From an uncultured Acidobacteriota bacterium (GTDB lineage: Bacteria; Acidobacteriota; Vicinamibacteria; Fen-336), in the NCBI GenBank assembly GCA_963818355.1, contig CAWFSB010000040.1, positions 86,649-150,648 of the forward strand: a DNA stretch of 64,000 bases, read 5' to 3'. Below are positions 31,841 through 39,562 of the stretch, in pieces (positions within the stretch are counted from its first letter, which is position 1; every line of letters begins with the position of its first letter). The notes beneath the pieces were generated by a model. The model saw only the letters and a list, made by a program, of their open reading frames with translations, did not search any database and was not told where the DNA came from. The position numbers and the translations under genes were made by a program.

Positions 31841-31854
31841 GGGGTCAGGTGCCC

Positions 31855-31912
31855 TGTCATTCCGAGGAGCTTCGTCCGAGTCGGGCGACGAGGAATCCGC
31901 AGTCTCAGCGCC
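31855..31912 (+). repeat. repeat family copy 3 (single unit)
   Basis: TGTCATTCCGAGGAGC TTCGTCCGAGTC GGGCGACGAGGAATCCGC AGTCTCAGCGCC, lying between convergent genes. Confidence 0.85.
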
Positions 31913-31930
31913 CGGTCCAGGCGAAGCGGG

Positions 31931-32561
31931 TCACTTCACGACGTTCATCGTCACGTCGATCTTCACGACCTCGCCGGTGACGGGGTCGGTCGAGGCCACC
32001 GTCTGCATGCTCTGGCCGTCGCGCAGCGCCGGGTCGAGGTTGACGTTCGAAGCGTGCGGAACATGGGCCGATCGGGAGCGAGGCCGGTCTCGTTCACGCC
32101 CGCCCGTCGTGCGCGCTCGGTCGAACGAGGCCGACGAGTTCTCGACGCTCGATGCTCGAGCTGGTAAGAGGCCGTCCCCCCGGTCCTCCGCCCACGCAGT
32201 CGATGTTCGTGCCGACGTTCTTGTACTGGAACGACGTGACCGCGCCGACTTCGCGTTGTCCGACTTCGGACGTCGAGGTCACGGGGATCGGAGTGTCGAC
32301 TCCCATCCGCATGCGGACGCGGCCTGTCGCCCGTGGTGCGCCAGCGAACGTGTAGGGGAGGCTCGCCAGCTTCTTGCTCGCCCTGGAAGCGGGTGATCAC
32401 GAGCTGGACCCGCAGGGTCATGGCCGGGCCTCCGGGCGGTCGGCGCTGGCTTCCGCCTTCGCGGCATCCGGCTTCGGCGTCTCCTGGGCCTGACCGGTCG
32501 CGCCGGGACGGCCAGGAGGGCGAGCCGCGACGGCGAGCGGGAAGAGCGTGCGACGGGTCAT
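31931..32561 (-). pseudogene. small secreted protein downstream of the anti-sigma gene, reading frame changes at least 3 times
   Basis: ATG 32561 follows a GGAGAAGGAGA SD. Sense-looking pieces lie in three frames: MTRRTLFPLAVAA.., MTLRVQLVITRFQGEQ, KLASLPYTFAG..MRMGVDTPIPV..FQYKNVGTNIDC, and NVNLDPALRDGQSMQTVASTDPVTGEVVKIDVTMNVVK* (stop at 31931). Confidence 0.35.
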
Positions 32562-32576
32562 GGCGTTCTCCTTCTC

Positions 32577-33341
32577 CTACGTCCCTGAGCTCTCGGCCGG
32601 GTCGAGCGGGACGATCTCGAGCGGCTCGATGTCGATCGGCGCCGGCTCCGCGAGGTCGGCCGAGGGCTGGCCCGCGGCGCCAGCGAGGTCGGGCGCGAGC
32701 GGCTCGGCGGTGCACCAGCGCGACGAATCGCAGCAGCGCCTCGGTCTCGCCGGGCGGCACGAGGACCTCGGGCTCCGGCGCCCTGTCATCCCGAGGGACT
32801 CGGGCCTGCCGGGTCCCGAGGGATCCGCCGGGACTGCGGACCCCTCGTCGCCCGGCCTGACCGGAGCTCCTCGGGGTGACAACGTCATGGCCATCGGCGA
32901 CCGGCGCCAGTCCGGTCTCCGCCCGAGGCGACGACGGCTGCACGGCCGGTCCGCCGGCCCGATGTCGCGCGTCGGCCGTGACCGGTGCGCGCCAACGGCC
33001 ACTCGGGGCTCGACCGACGGAGTCCCGCGCACCACGAGCGCGCGAGCGCCACCAGCAGCGTCGCGGCCGCGGCCGCGGCCGGCCAGAGCCAGCCGAAGCG
33101 CCAAGCCGGGCGAAGAGTCCGGTCCGCCACCGCCTGGCGAATGCGAGCGGCCAGCTCCGGCGACGGCTCGGCGGCGCGCAGTCCGGCCAGCTCCGCGTCG
33201 GCCACGGCCAGCGCCTGCCGCAGCCCGTGCGAGCTCCGCCCGGCACTCCTCGCACGCGGCGAGGTGCGCCTCGAGGCCGGCCGGGGCCGGCAGGCCCGCC
33301 GCCACGTCGGCTAGCGCTTCCCGGTATCGCTCACAAGCCAT
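32577..33341 (-). CDS. anti-sigma factor (zf-HC2 + TM), disrupted by frame changes and a repeat copy
   Basis: ATG 33341 reads MACERYREALADV..LEAHLAACEEC (HxxxCxxC). The TM WLWPAAAAAATLLVALA lies in the frame of ORF 32885..33205. The repeat at 32784..32906 lies within the ORF. The C-terminal piece EVLVPPGETEALLRFVALV follows it. Confidence 0.6.
   Translation of the reverse strand: MACERYREALADVAAGLPAPAGLEAHLAACEECRAELARAAAGAGRGRRGAGRTARRRAVAGAGRSHSPGGGGPDSSPGLALRLALAGRGRGRDAAGGARALVVRGTPSVEPRVAVGAHRSRPTRDIGPADRPCSRRRLGRRPDWRRSPMAMTLSPRGAPVRPGDEGSAVPADPSGPGRPESLGMTGRRSPRSSCRPARPRRCCDSSRWCTAEPLAPDLAGAAGQPSADLAEPAPIDIEPLEIVPLDPAESSGT
32784..32906. repeat. repeat family copy 4 (composite, opposite orientation to copy 1)
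   Basis: TGTCATCCCGAGGGAC..GGGTCCCGAGGGATCCGCC, then inverted GCGGACCCCTCGTCGCCC..GCTCCTCGGGGTGAC, then GTCATGGCCATCGGCGACCGG. The reverse complement is nearly collinear with copy 1. Confidence 0.85.
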
Positions 33342-33844
33342 CGCAGTTTCTCCGCCAGCGACTTCCTCGCCAGGTGCAGCCGGGACTTCACCGTCCCCTC
33401 CGGCAGCTCCAGGAGCCGCGCGACCGACGCGACGTCGTGCTCCTGGATCGCCGCCAGCACCGTCACGATCCGCAGCTTCTCGGGAAGCGCGTCCACCGCC
33501 TCGCTCACCCGAGCCCGCAGCTCGGCCCGCGCCGCCGCGTCCTCGGCCGACTCCGTCCGGACCGGCGCCTCGACCGCCACCGCGTCCTCCCGCCGCGCCC
33601 GCCGCTTCTCGCCGCGCAGCCGATCGAGGGCGAGCCGGAAGGCCGTCCGCACGAGCCACGCGCGGAACCGGTCCCGGTCCCGCAGCGAGCCGAAGGCCCG
33701 GTGCGCGCGCAGGAAGGCATCCTGCGCGACGTCCTCCGCGTCCTCGCGGTGACGCAGGACGCCGAGGGCGACCCGGAAGGCCAGCGTGGACGAGTCGGCG
33801 ACCCGCTCCTCGAACTCGCGCTCGAGCGCCGGGTCCAGGCTCAC
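33311..33844 (-). CDS. ECF-type RNA polymerase sigma-70 factor
   Basis: GTG 33844 lies within ORF 33311..34102. Region 2 is EDVAQDAFLRAHRAFGSLRDRDRFRAWLVRTAFRLALD. Region 4 is ASVARLLELPEGTVKSRLHLARKSL. The 3' end overlaps the anti-sigma start by 31 nt. Confidence 0.85.
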   Translation of the reverse strand: MSLDPALEREFEERVADSSTLAFRVALGVLRHREDAEDVAQDAFLRAHRAFGSLRDRDRFRAWLVRTAFRLALDRLRGEKRRARREDAVAVEAPVRTESAEDAAARAELRARVSEAVDALPEKLRIVTVLAAIQEHDVASVARLLELPEGTVKSRLHLARKSLAEKLRWLVSDTGKR

Positions 33845-33933
33845 CGCAACCCAGCCGACCGCAATCGCGCCATCCAGGAGCACCTCGGAGCCTCGAACAG
33901 CCAGACGCCGCGCCCCGCGGTCGAGGTTCACCG

Positions 33934-34101
33934 TGTCATTCCGAGCGGGAACTGGCTGTGGCCGGTCGCCGGTGGCAATGACCTTGCCGGCCCCGAGGAG
34001 CTCCATCCGGGTCGGGCGACGAGGGGTCCGCAGTTCCGCCGGCGCTGAGATTGCGGATTGCCTCGGCGACCAGCATCGAGCCGGAGTCCTTCGGAATGAC
34101 A
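33934..34101. repeat. repeat family copy 5 (composite palindrome)
   Basis: TGTCATTCCGAGCGGGAAC..GGTCGCCGGTGGCAATGACC..CCCCGAGGAGC..GGGCGACGAGGGGTCCGC..GCGGATTGCCTCGGCGAC..TCCTTCGGAATGACA. Confidence 0.85.
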
Positions 34102-34112
34102 AGGGACACGGG

Positions 34113-34529
34113 TCACTCCTCGTCCGGGTCGTCGAGGCCCTTCGGGTAGACCCTCACCGCGTCCCAGCGCTTCAGCAGGACCTGGCCGGCGGCGAAGCCC
34201 TTCGGCTTGCGCACGTCGGCCACGCGGCAGAGGTGCACCTCGACCTTTCCGCGCGCTCCGCGGGCCTTCGAGTGCCAGGCCGCGAGCTGGGCGGCGCGCT
34301 CGGCCACGGGGCGCGGCAGCTCGCCGAGGTCGAACGGGTTGCGGACGATCACGTGGCTGCCGGCCGGGCCCGAGACGTGCAGCCAGAAGTCCCGCGGCTC
34401 GGCGATGCCGAACGTGAGCCGGTCGTTGTCCGCGTCGGCCTTGCCGACGAGGATCTCGAACCCCTCGAACTCGACCGTCCGGTACCCCTTGCCCTTGCTT
34501 CCCAATGCCGATGCCTCCGCGCGCGGCAT
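34113..34529 (-). CDS. DUF814 / NFACT-R RNA-binding domain protein
   Basis: ORF 34113..34529, with ILVGKADADNDRLTF, RDFWLHVSGPAGSHVIV and a C-terminal KPKG..GQV motif. Confidence 0.75.
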   Translation of the reverse strand: MPRAEASALGSKGKGYRTVEFEGFEILVGKADADNDRLTFGIAEPRDFWLHVSGPAGSHVIVRNPFDLGELPRPVAERAAQLAAWHSKARGARGKVEVHLCRVADVRKPKGFAAGQVLLKRWDAVRVYPKGLDDPDEE

Positions 34530-34567
34530 GCTACGCTCGGCGCGGTCCTCGTCTCAAGGCGGAGCGC

Positions 34568-36004
34568 ATGGACGACTTCGATCTCGACCCCGAGGCGGTG
34601 CGCCGTCTCGGCTACCGGACAGCCGACCTCGTGGCCGACCACCGCGCCGGCCTGCTGAAGCGGCCGGTCTTCGGCAAGGTGGGCGACGCCGCGGCCCTCT
34701 TCGACGAGCCGCTGCCCGAGGACGGCCAGCCGCTCGAGGCGGTGCTCGACGCCGTGCGCGACCGTGTCCTCGCCCACCCCTTCGGCAACTCGCACCCGCG
34801 CTTCTTCGCCTTCATCAACGCCACCGCCGACCCCGTCGGCGCCGCGGTCGATTACCTGGCCTCGGCGATGAACAGCAACTGCTGGGGCGGAGACCACGCG
34901 GCCATCCACGTGGAGCGGCGCGTCGTCGCCTGGCTCGCGGAGATCCTCGGCCTGCCGGAGGCGACGGAGGGCCTGCTGACCTCCGGCGGCTCGATGGCGA
35001 ACTTCACCGCCCTCGCGACGGCGCGGCGCGCCAAGGCCCCGACCGTGCGCGAGGACGGCTTCGCGGGAACGCCGCCGCTGGTCGTGTACGTGTCAGACGA
35101 GGTCCACAACTGCGTGGACAAGGCCGTGGATCTCCTCGGCATCGGCTGGAAGCAGCTGCGGAAGATCCCGACCGACGACCGCTTCCGGGTGCGCGTGGAC
35201 CTGCTGAAGCGGGCGATCGCCGACGACCGGAAGGCCGGCCGGAAGCCGGCGATCGTCGTGGGCAACGCCGGCACCGTGAACACCGGCGCCATCGACCCGC
35301 TCGACGAGCTGGCCGACCTGTGCGCCGCCGAGGGCCTCTGGTTCCACGTGGACGGGGCCTACGGGGCGCTGGCCTCGATCTCGCCGAAGCTCAAGCCTCT
35401 ATTCAAGGGCCTCGAACGCGCCGACTCCGTCGCCGCCGACCCGCACAAGTGGCTCTACGTGCCCTACGAGGCCGGCGCCACCCTCGTCCGCGAGCCGGGG
35501 CGCATGGCCGAGGCCTTCCGCCGTCCCGCGCCCTACCTCGTGCACGACCCCGACAGCCCGGTCCTCGGCCCCGTTCTCTTCAACGAGCGGGGGCCGGAGC
35601 TCTCGCGCAGCTTCAAGGCGCTCAAGGTGTGGGTGGGCCTCAAGCACCACGGGCGCAGCGGCTACGCGGCCGCGGTCGAGCACGACGTCGCGATGGCGCG
35701 TTTCCTGGCCGACGCGGTCCGGGCGCGGGGCGACTTCGAGCTCCTGGCCGAGCCCGTCCTCTCGATCGTCGGCTTCCGGTACCGACCGGCCGGCCGGGGG
35801 CTCGCGGAGGCCGAGCTCGACCGGCTGAACCGGCAGATCGTGAACCGGCTCGTGGGCCGCGGCACCTTCTTCCTGGCGCCGACGATCCTGAAGGGCCGGA
35901 CGGCGATGCGCACGGCCATCGTCAACTTCCGGACGCGGGAGGACGACCTGCGCGCGCTGCTCGACGAGGCGGCACGGGCCGGCCGCGAGATCGAAGAGGG
36001 CTGA
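34568..36004 (+). CDS. pyridoxal-dependent (group II) amino-acid decarboxylase
   Basis: ATG 34568 lies within ORF 34505..36004. It has HPRFFAFI, LTSGGSMANFTAL, FHVDGAYGA and the PLP lysine motif SVAADPHKWLYVPYEAG. Confidence 0.85.
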   Translation: MDDFDLDPEAVRRLGYRTADLVADHRAGLLKRPVFGKVGDAAALFDEPLPEDGQPLEAVLDAVRDRVLAHPFGNSHPRFFAFINATADPVGAAVDYLASAMNSNCWGGDHAAIHVERRVVAWLAEILGLPEATEGLLTSGGSMANFTALATARRAKAPTVREDGFAGTPPLVVYVSDEVHNCVDKAVDLLGIGWKQLRKIPTDDRFRVRVDLLKRAIADDRKAGRKPAIVVGNAGTVNTGAIDPLDELADLCAAEGLWFHVDGAYGALASISPKLKPLFKGLERADSVAADPHKWLYVPYEAGATLVREPGRMAEAFRRPAPYLVHDPDSPVLGPVLFNERGPELSRSFKALKVWVGLKHHGRSGYAAAVEHDVAMARFLADAVRARGDFELLAEPVLSIVGFRYRPAGRGLAEAELDRLNRQIVNRLVGRGTFFLAPTILKGRTAMRTAIVNFRTREDDLRALLDEAARAGREIEEG

Positions 36005-36013
36005 AAGAAGAAG

Positions 36014-36047
36014 GGGTGGCCGCAGGAGGGAGAAACTGCGGCCACCC
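36014..36047 (+). terminator. 12-bp perfect hairpin immediately after the decarboxylase stop
   Basis: GGGTGGCCGCAG-GAGGGAGAAA-CTGCGGCCACCC. No U-tract follows. Confidence 0.5.
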
Positions 36048-36297
36048 GAGAAGTCCACCGACAGGATGCACCCAAGGCCCAACTTGGGGAATAGCCGGAA
36101 AGTGGGGGGTTGCATGGCACGAAGGTGCCGAATCAGGGTTTCATCAGGCACAGGACGACTAATTTAGATACGTTTTATGAGAATCCGAAGCGAGGTTGTC
36201 ATCATCGAGGTTCCCCAGCCGACCGGAACTTCCCCGTCCGCCCCCCGGCTCGCTTCAAACCGCGCGCGCCCCTCCGGCATCTCAAGGGTCGGAGCAA

Positions 36298-36891
36298 ATG
36301 ATGGAGGGGCTTGCAGGAGCGGTGCTCGGAGAAACGCTGACCCACATGCGTGAGGATGAGGACCGCCGGGCCACGGAGAAGCGGCTCGTCCGGGACGCCC
36401 AGAACGGCGATCTCGTGGCCTTCGAGCGCCTGTATCGCGACAACGAGCGGAAGGTGTTCGCCCTGTGCCTCAGGATGTCGTCCGACGGTGCTTTGGCCGA
36501 GGAGCTCACGCAGGAGGTTTTCGTGCGCGCCTGGCGCAAGCTCGGCAGCTTCCGCGGGGACAGCGCGTTCTCTTCCTGGCTGTACCCGCTGACGGTGAAC
36601 GTGGCGCTGAGCGAGCGCCGGTCGAGGCGGCGCCGGGACGCGCGGATCTTCGCGACCGACGATCCGGCGAGCCTGGAGAGGGCGCCGGGGTCGCCACGAC
36701 CCGAGGCGGGCTTCGACCTGGAGAAGGCGATGGCGACGCTGCCGCCCGGCGCGCGGGCCATCTTCGTGCTCCACGACGTGGAGGGCCGGACTCACGACGA
36801 GATCGCGGCGCTGCTGAACCTCGCGACCGGGACGTCGAAGGCGCAGCTCTTCCGCGCCCGGAGACTGCTCAGGGAGGCACTCGGATCATGA
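36298..36891 (+). CDS. ECF-type RNA polymerase sigma-70 factor
   Basis: ATG 36298 follows a GGAG SD, within ORF 36196..36891. It has DLVAFERLYRDNERKVFALCLRM, EELTQEVFVRAWRKLGSFRGDSAFSSWLYPLTVN, and region 4 THDEIAALLNLATGTSKAQLFRARRLL. Confidence 0.85.
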   Translation: MMEGLAGAVLGETLTHMREDEDRRATEKRLVRDAQNGDLVAFERLYRDNERKVFALCLRMSSDGALAEELTQEVFVRAWRKLGSFRGDSAFSSWLYPLTVNVALSERRSRRRRDARIFATDDPASLERAPGSPRPEAGFDLEKAMATLPPGARAIFVLHDVEGRTHDEIAALLNLATGTSKAQLFRARRLLREALGS

Positions 36892-37560
36892 CGTGCCACG
36901 AGCTCGACGAACGTCTCGACGACTGGGTCGACGGCGCGCTGCCTGCGGCGGCCGCCTCCGAGGTCGAGGCGCACCTTCTCTCCTGCGCCCTCTGCCGCGA
37001 GCGGGAGCGCCGGCTGCGCCACGTGCTCGCGCACGCCGCGGCCCTTCCGCGGTCGCTCACCCCGCCCCGGGACCTGTGGCCCGGGATCGCGCAGCGCGTG
37101 ACGCGCGAGCGGTCCTGGTCGTGGGCCGCGGGCGGGTCGCGTCCCTGGGCCCTGGCGGCGGCGGCGACGGTCGTGGTCGGCCTCGGCGCCGTCCTGTGGA
37201 ACGGCCCGTCCCCCTCGCGCGTGCGCACGGTGCAGATCCCGGCCCCGAGCCCCGAGACGATGCTCGTGGCGGGGACCGCGGTCGTGTCCGACCCGGTCCT
37301 GGCGGCCGCCGAGCGGGACTACGAGGCGGCGGCCAACGCCCTTCTCGAGGCGCTGCAGCAGCGCCGGGCCCGCCTTCAGCCCGAGGCCCTGGCGGCCGTC
37401 GAGACGAACCTCCAGGTCATCGACCGGGCGCTCGCCGAGGTGCGGCTAGGCCCTCGTCCAGGACCCCGCCAACCCCGAGCTCAGCCGCATGCTGGTGTCG
37501 ACCCACCGCAAGAAGGTCGAGGTCCTGAGCCGGGTCGTCAAGCTTTCGACCGTGCTGTGA
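36888..37560 (+). CDS. anti-sigma factor (zf-HC2 + TM) (frame break near 37447)
   Basis: ATG 36888 overlaps the sigma stop (ATGA). It has MTCHELDERLDDWVDG..VEAHLLSCALC and the TM PWALAAAATVVVGLGAVLW. The C-terminus is restored in the +1 frame: ALVQDPANPELSRMLVSTHRKKVEVLSRVVKLSTVL*. Confidence 0.75.
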
Positions 37561-37579
37561 GATGAAGAGGAGCAAGACC

Positions 37580-38458
37580 ATGAAGCGCGCAGCGCTCGTC
37601 CTCGCCGCCGTCCTCGCCGGATCAGCTTGGGCCAGTGCCCAGACCCCGGTCGACCAGAAGCGTCCCGCCGCCGCCGACGGGAAGGTGACGATCGAGAACA
37701 TGTCCGGATCCGTCAAGGTGACCGGCTGGGACCGGGCCGAGGTGCAGGTCAAGGGCACCGTCGGGAGCGGCGGCGAGCTGAGCTTCGACGGGTCCGAGAA
37801 GCAGACCTCGATCGAGGTCGAGGCCGAGCACGGCAACCCGATGGGCATCAAGAGCGACCTCGAGGTCTTCGTCCCCTCCGGAAGCTCCGTCTCCATCGAG
37901 GGCTTCGCGGCCTCGATCTCGGTGGCCGGGGTCACGGGCTCGGTGTCGGCCGAGACCGTCAACGGCTCGATCACCCAGACGGGAGCCGCGAAGGGCGTCG
38001 AGCTCCAGAGCGTGAACGGGGCGATCGACATGACGAAGGCGAGCGGCCGCCTCAAGGCCGAGGCCGTCAACGGCACCGTGACCGTCCGCGACGCGTCGGG
38101 CGAGCTCGAGGCCTCGACCGTCAACGGCAAGCTCGTCGTGACCGGCGGCTCGTTCGACCGGGCGGCGCTCGAGTCGGTGTCGGGGGGCGTGAAGTTCGAG
38201 GCGGGCCTCTCCCCCAAGGCCACGCTCTCGGTCGAATCGGTGAGCGGCTCGGTGGACCTCTTCCTCCCCGCCGGCTTCGGCGCGGAGTTCTCGGTGTCCA
38301 CCTTCAGCGGCGCGATCACGAACGAGCTCGGCCCGGCGGCCGAGAAGTCGAGCCAGTGGACCCCCCAGAAGGAGCTCTCGTTCACGACCGGCTCCGGCGG
38401 AGCGCGGATCACCGTGGAGACCCTCTCCGGCTCCGTCAACATCCGCAAGCGGCCGTAG
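37580..38458 (+). CDS. DUF4097-type putative adhesin / beta-helical secreted protein
   Basis: ORF 37562..38458. The likely start is ATG 37580, after a GAGGAG SD. It has the signal MKRAALVLAAVLAGSAWASA and repeated xVNGxI/V units (TVNGSIT, SVNGAID, AVNGTVT, TVNGKLV, SVSGSV). Confidence 0.75.
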   Translation: MKRAALVLAAVLAGSAWASAQTPVDQKRPAAADGKVTIENMSGSVKVTGWDRAEVQVKGTVGSGGELSFDGSEKQTSIEVEAEHGNPMGIKSDLEVFVPSGSSVSIEGFAASISVAGVTGSVSAETVNGSITQTGAAKGVELQSVNGAIDMTKASGRLKAEAVNGTVTVRDASGELEASTVNGKLVVTGGSFDRAALESVSGGVKFEAGLSPKATLSVESVSGSVDLFLPAGFGAEFSVSTFSGAITNELGPAAEKSSQWTPQKELSFTTGSGGARITVETLSGSVNIRKRP

Positions 38459-38466
38459 GCCCGTCC

Positions 38467-38523
38467 TGTCATTCCGAGGGACTCCGGTCGGACGGGTCCC
38501 GAGGAATCCGCAATCTCGGCGCC
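38467..38523 (+). repeat. repeat family copy 6 (single unit)
   Basis: TGTCATTCCGAGGGAC TCCGGTCGGAC GGGTCCCGAGGAATCCGC AATCTCGGCGCCGG. Confidence 0.85.
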
Positions 38524-38598
38524 GGCGGGCCGGCGGCCCTCCGCCCGGCACGAGTCCCGGGGGATACGCGACGACACGCAGCGAACAAGAGCAGAGCA

Positions 38599-39375
38599 AT
38601 GAAGCGCAAGACGATCCTGGCGACGATGTTGGCGGCGGCTCTCGCGGTTCCCGCGCTGTCGGCCCAGGACGAGTTCCACTGGACCGGCAAGGTCGCGGCC
38701 GGGGCCGCGGTCGAGATCAAGGGCGTGAACGGCGGCATCGTCGCGACCGGCGCCGCCGGCGGCGACGTCGAGGTGACCGCGGTCAAGAAGGGCCGCAAGA
38801 GCGACCCGGCCGAGGTGAAGGTGGAGGTCGTGGAGCACGCGGGCGGGGTGACGATCTGCGCGGTCTACCCGTCGACGGGCGCCCCCAACGAGTGCAAGCC
38901 CGGCGCGGGCGGGCGGATGAGCGTTCGCGACAACGACGTGAACGTCGAGTTCCGGGTGAAGGTGCCGGCCGGGGTGCGCTTCGTCGGCCGGACGGTGAAC
39001 GGCGGCATCGAGGCGAGCGGCATCACGGCGGACGCCGAGGCCCACACGGTCAACGGGGGCGTCGAGCTCGACGCGACCGGCACCGCGCGGGCCGAGACCG
39101 TGAACGGCGGCATCACGGCGCGCCTCGGAAGGACCGACTGGACGGGCGCCCTGACCCTGAAGACGGTCAACGGCGGGATCGAGATGACGATGCCCGAGGG
39201 GCTGAGCGCCGACGTGAAGGCCTCGACCGTGAACGGCGACATCCAGACCGACTTCCCGCTCACCGTCACCGGCCGGATCTCGCGCCGCAAGCTCGAGGGC
39301 ACGATCGGCAGCGGCGGCCGGCTCCTCGAGCTCTCGACGGTGAACGGCGGCATCGAGCTGCGCAAGGCCAGGTAG
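38599..39375 (+). CDS. DUF4097-type putative adhesin (second paralog)
   Basis: ATG 38599 lies within ORF 37627..39375. It has the signal MKRKTILATMLAAALAVPALSA and seven VNGG repeats (GVNGGIV, TVNGGIE, TVNGGVE, TVNGGIT...). Confidence 0.75.
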   Translation: MKRKTILATMLAAALAVPALSAQDEFHWTGKVAAGAAVEIKGVNGGIVATGAAGGDVEVTAVKKGRKSDPAEVKVEVVEHAGGVTICAVYPSTGAPNECKPGAGGRMSVRDNDVNVEFRVKVPAGVRFVGRTVNGGIEASGITADAEAHTVNGGVELDATGTARAETVNGGITARLGRTDWTGALTLKTVNGGIEMTMPEGLSADVKASTVNGDIQTDFPLTVTGRISRRKLEGTIGSGGRLLELSTVNGGIELRKAR

Positions 39376-39376
39376 C

Positions 39377-39492
39377 TGTCATTCCGAGGGACGCCGATCG
39401 GGCCGGGTCCGACGAGGAATCCGCAGTCTCGCGGCGCCGACACCGGCGGATTCCTCGTCGCCCGGCACAAGCCGAAGCTCCTCGGAATGACA
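39377..39492. repeat. repeat family copy 7 (two units in inverted orientation, near-perfect palindrome)
   Basis: TGTCATTCCGAGGGAC..GGGTCCGACGAGGAATCCGC AGTCTCGCGGCGCCGACACC GGCGGATTCCTCGTCGCCC..GCTCCTCGGAATGACA. Confidence 0.9.
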
Positions 39493-39562
39493 GGGGCCGT
39501 AAATCGACGCTCCCCGGGATGGCGGGGCCCTGATAGCATCTCGGCGTCCAAGAGGTGCACTC

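Noticed and set aside
36225-36259. Sigma-E-like promoter GGAACTT ... TCAAA upstream of the second ECF sigma gene
   Set aside because: I counted a spacer of 23 nt between the two hexamers. This is far from the ~16 nt needed, so the match is probably coincidental.
36110-36301. 63-aa ORF in the low-GC spacer
   Set aside because: It has no SD and no recognisable features, and it runs into the sigma-factor start region. It is most likely non-coding.
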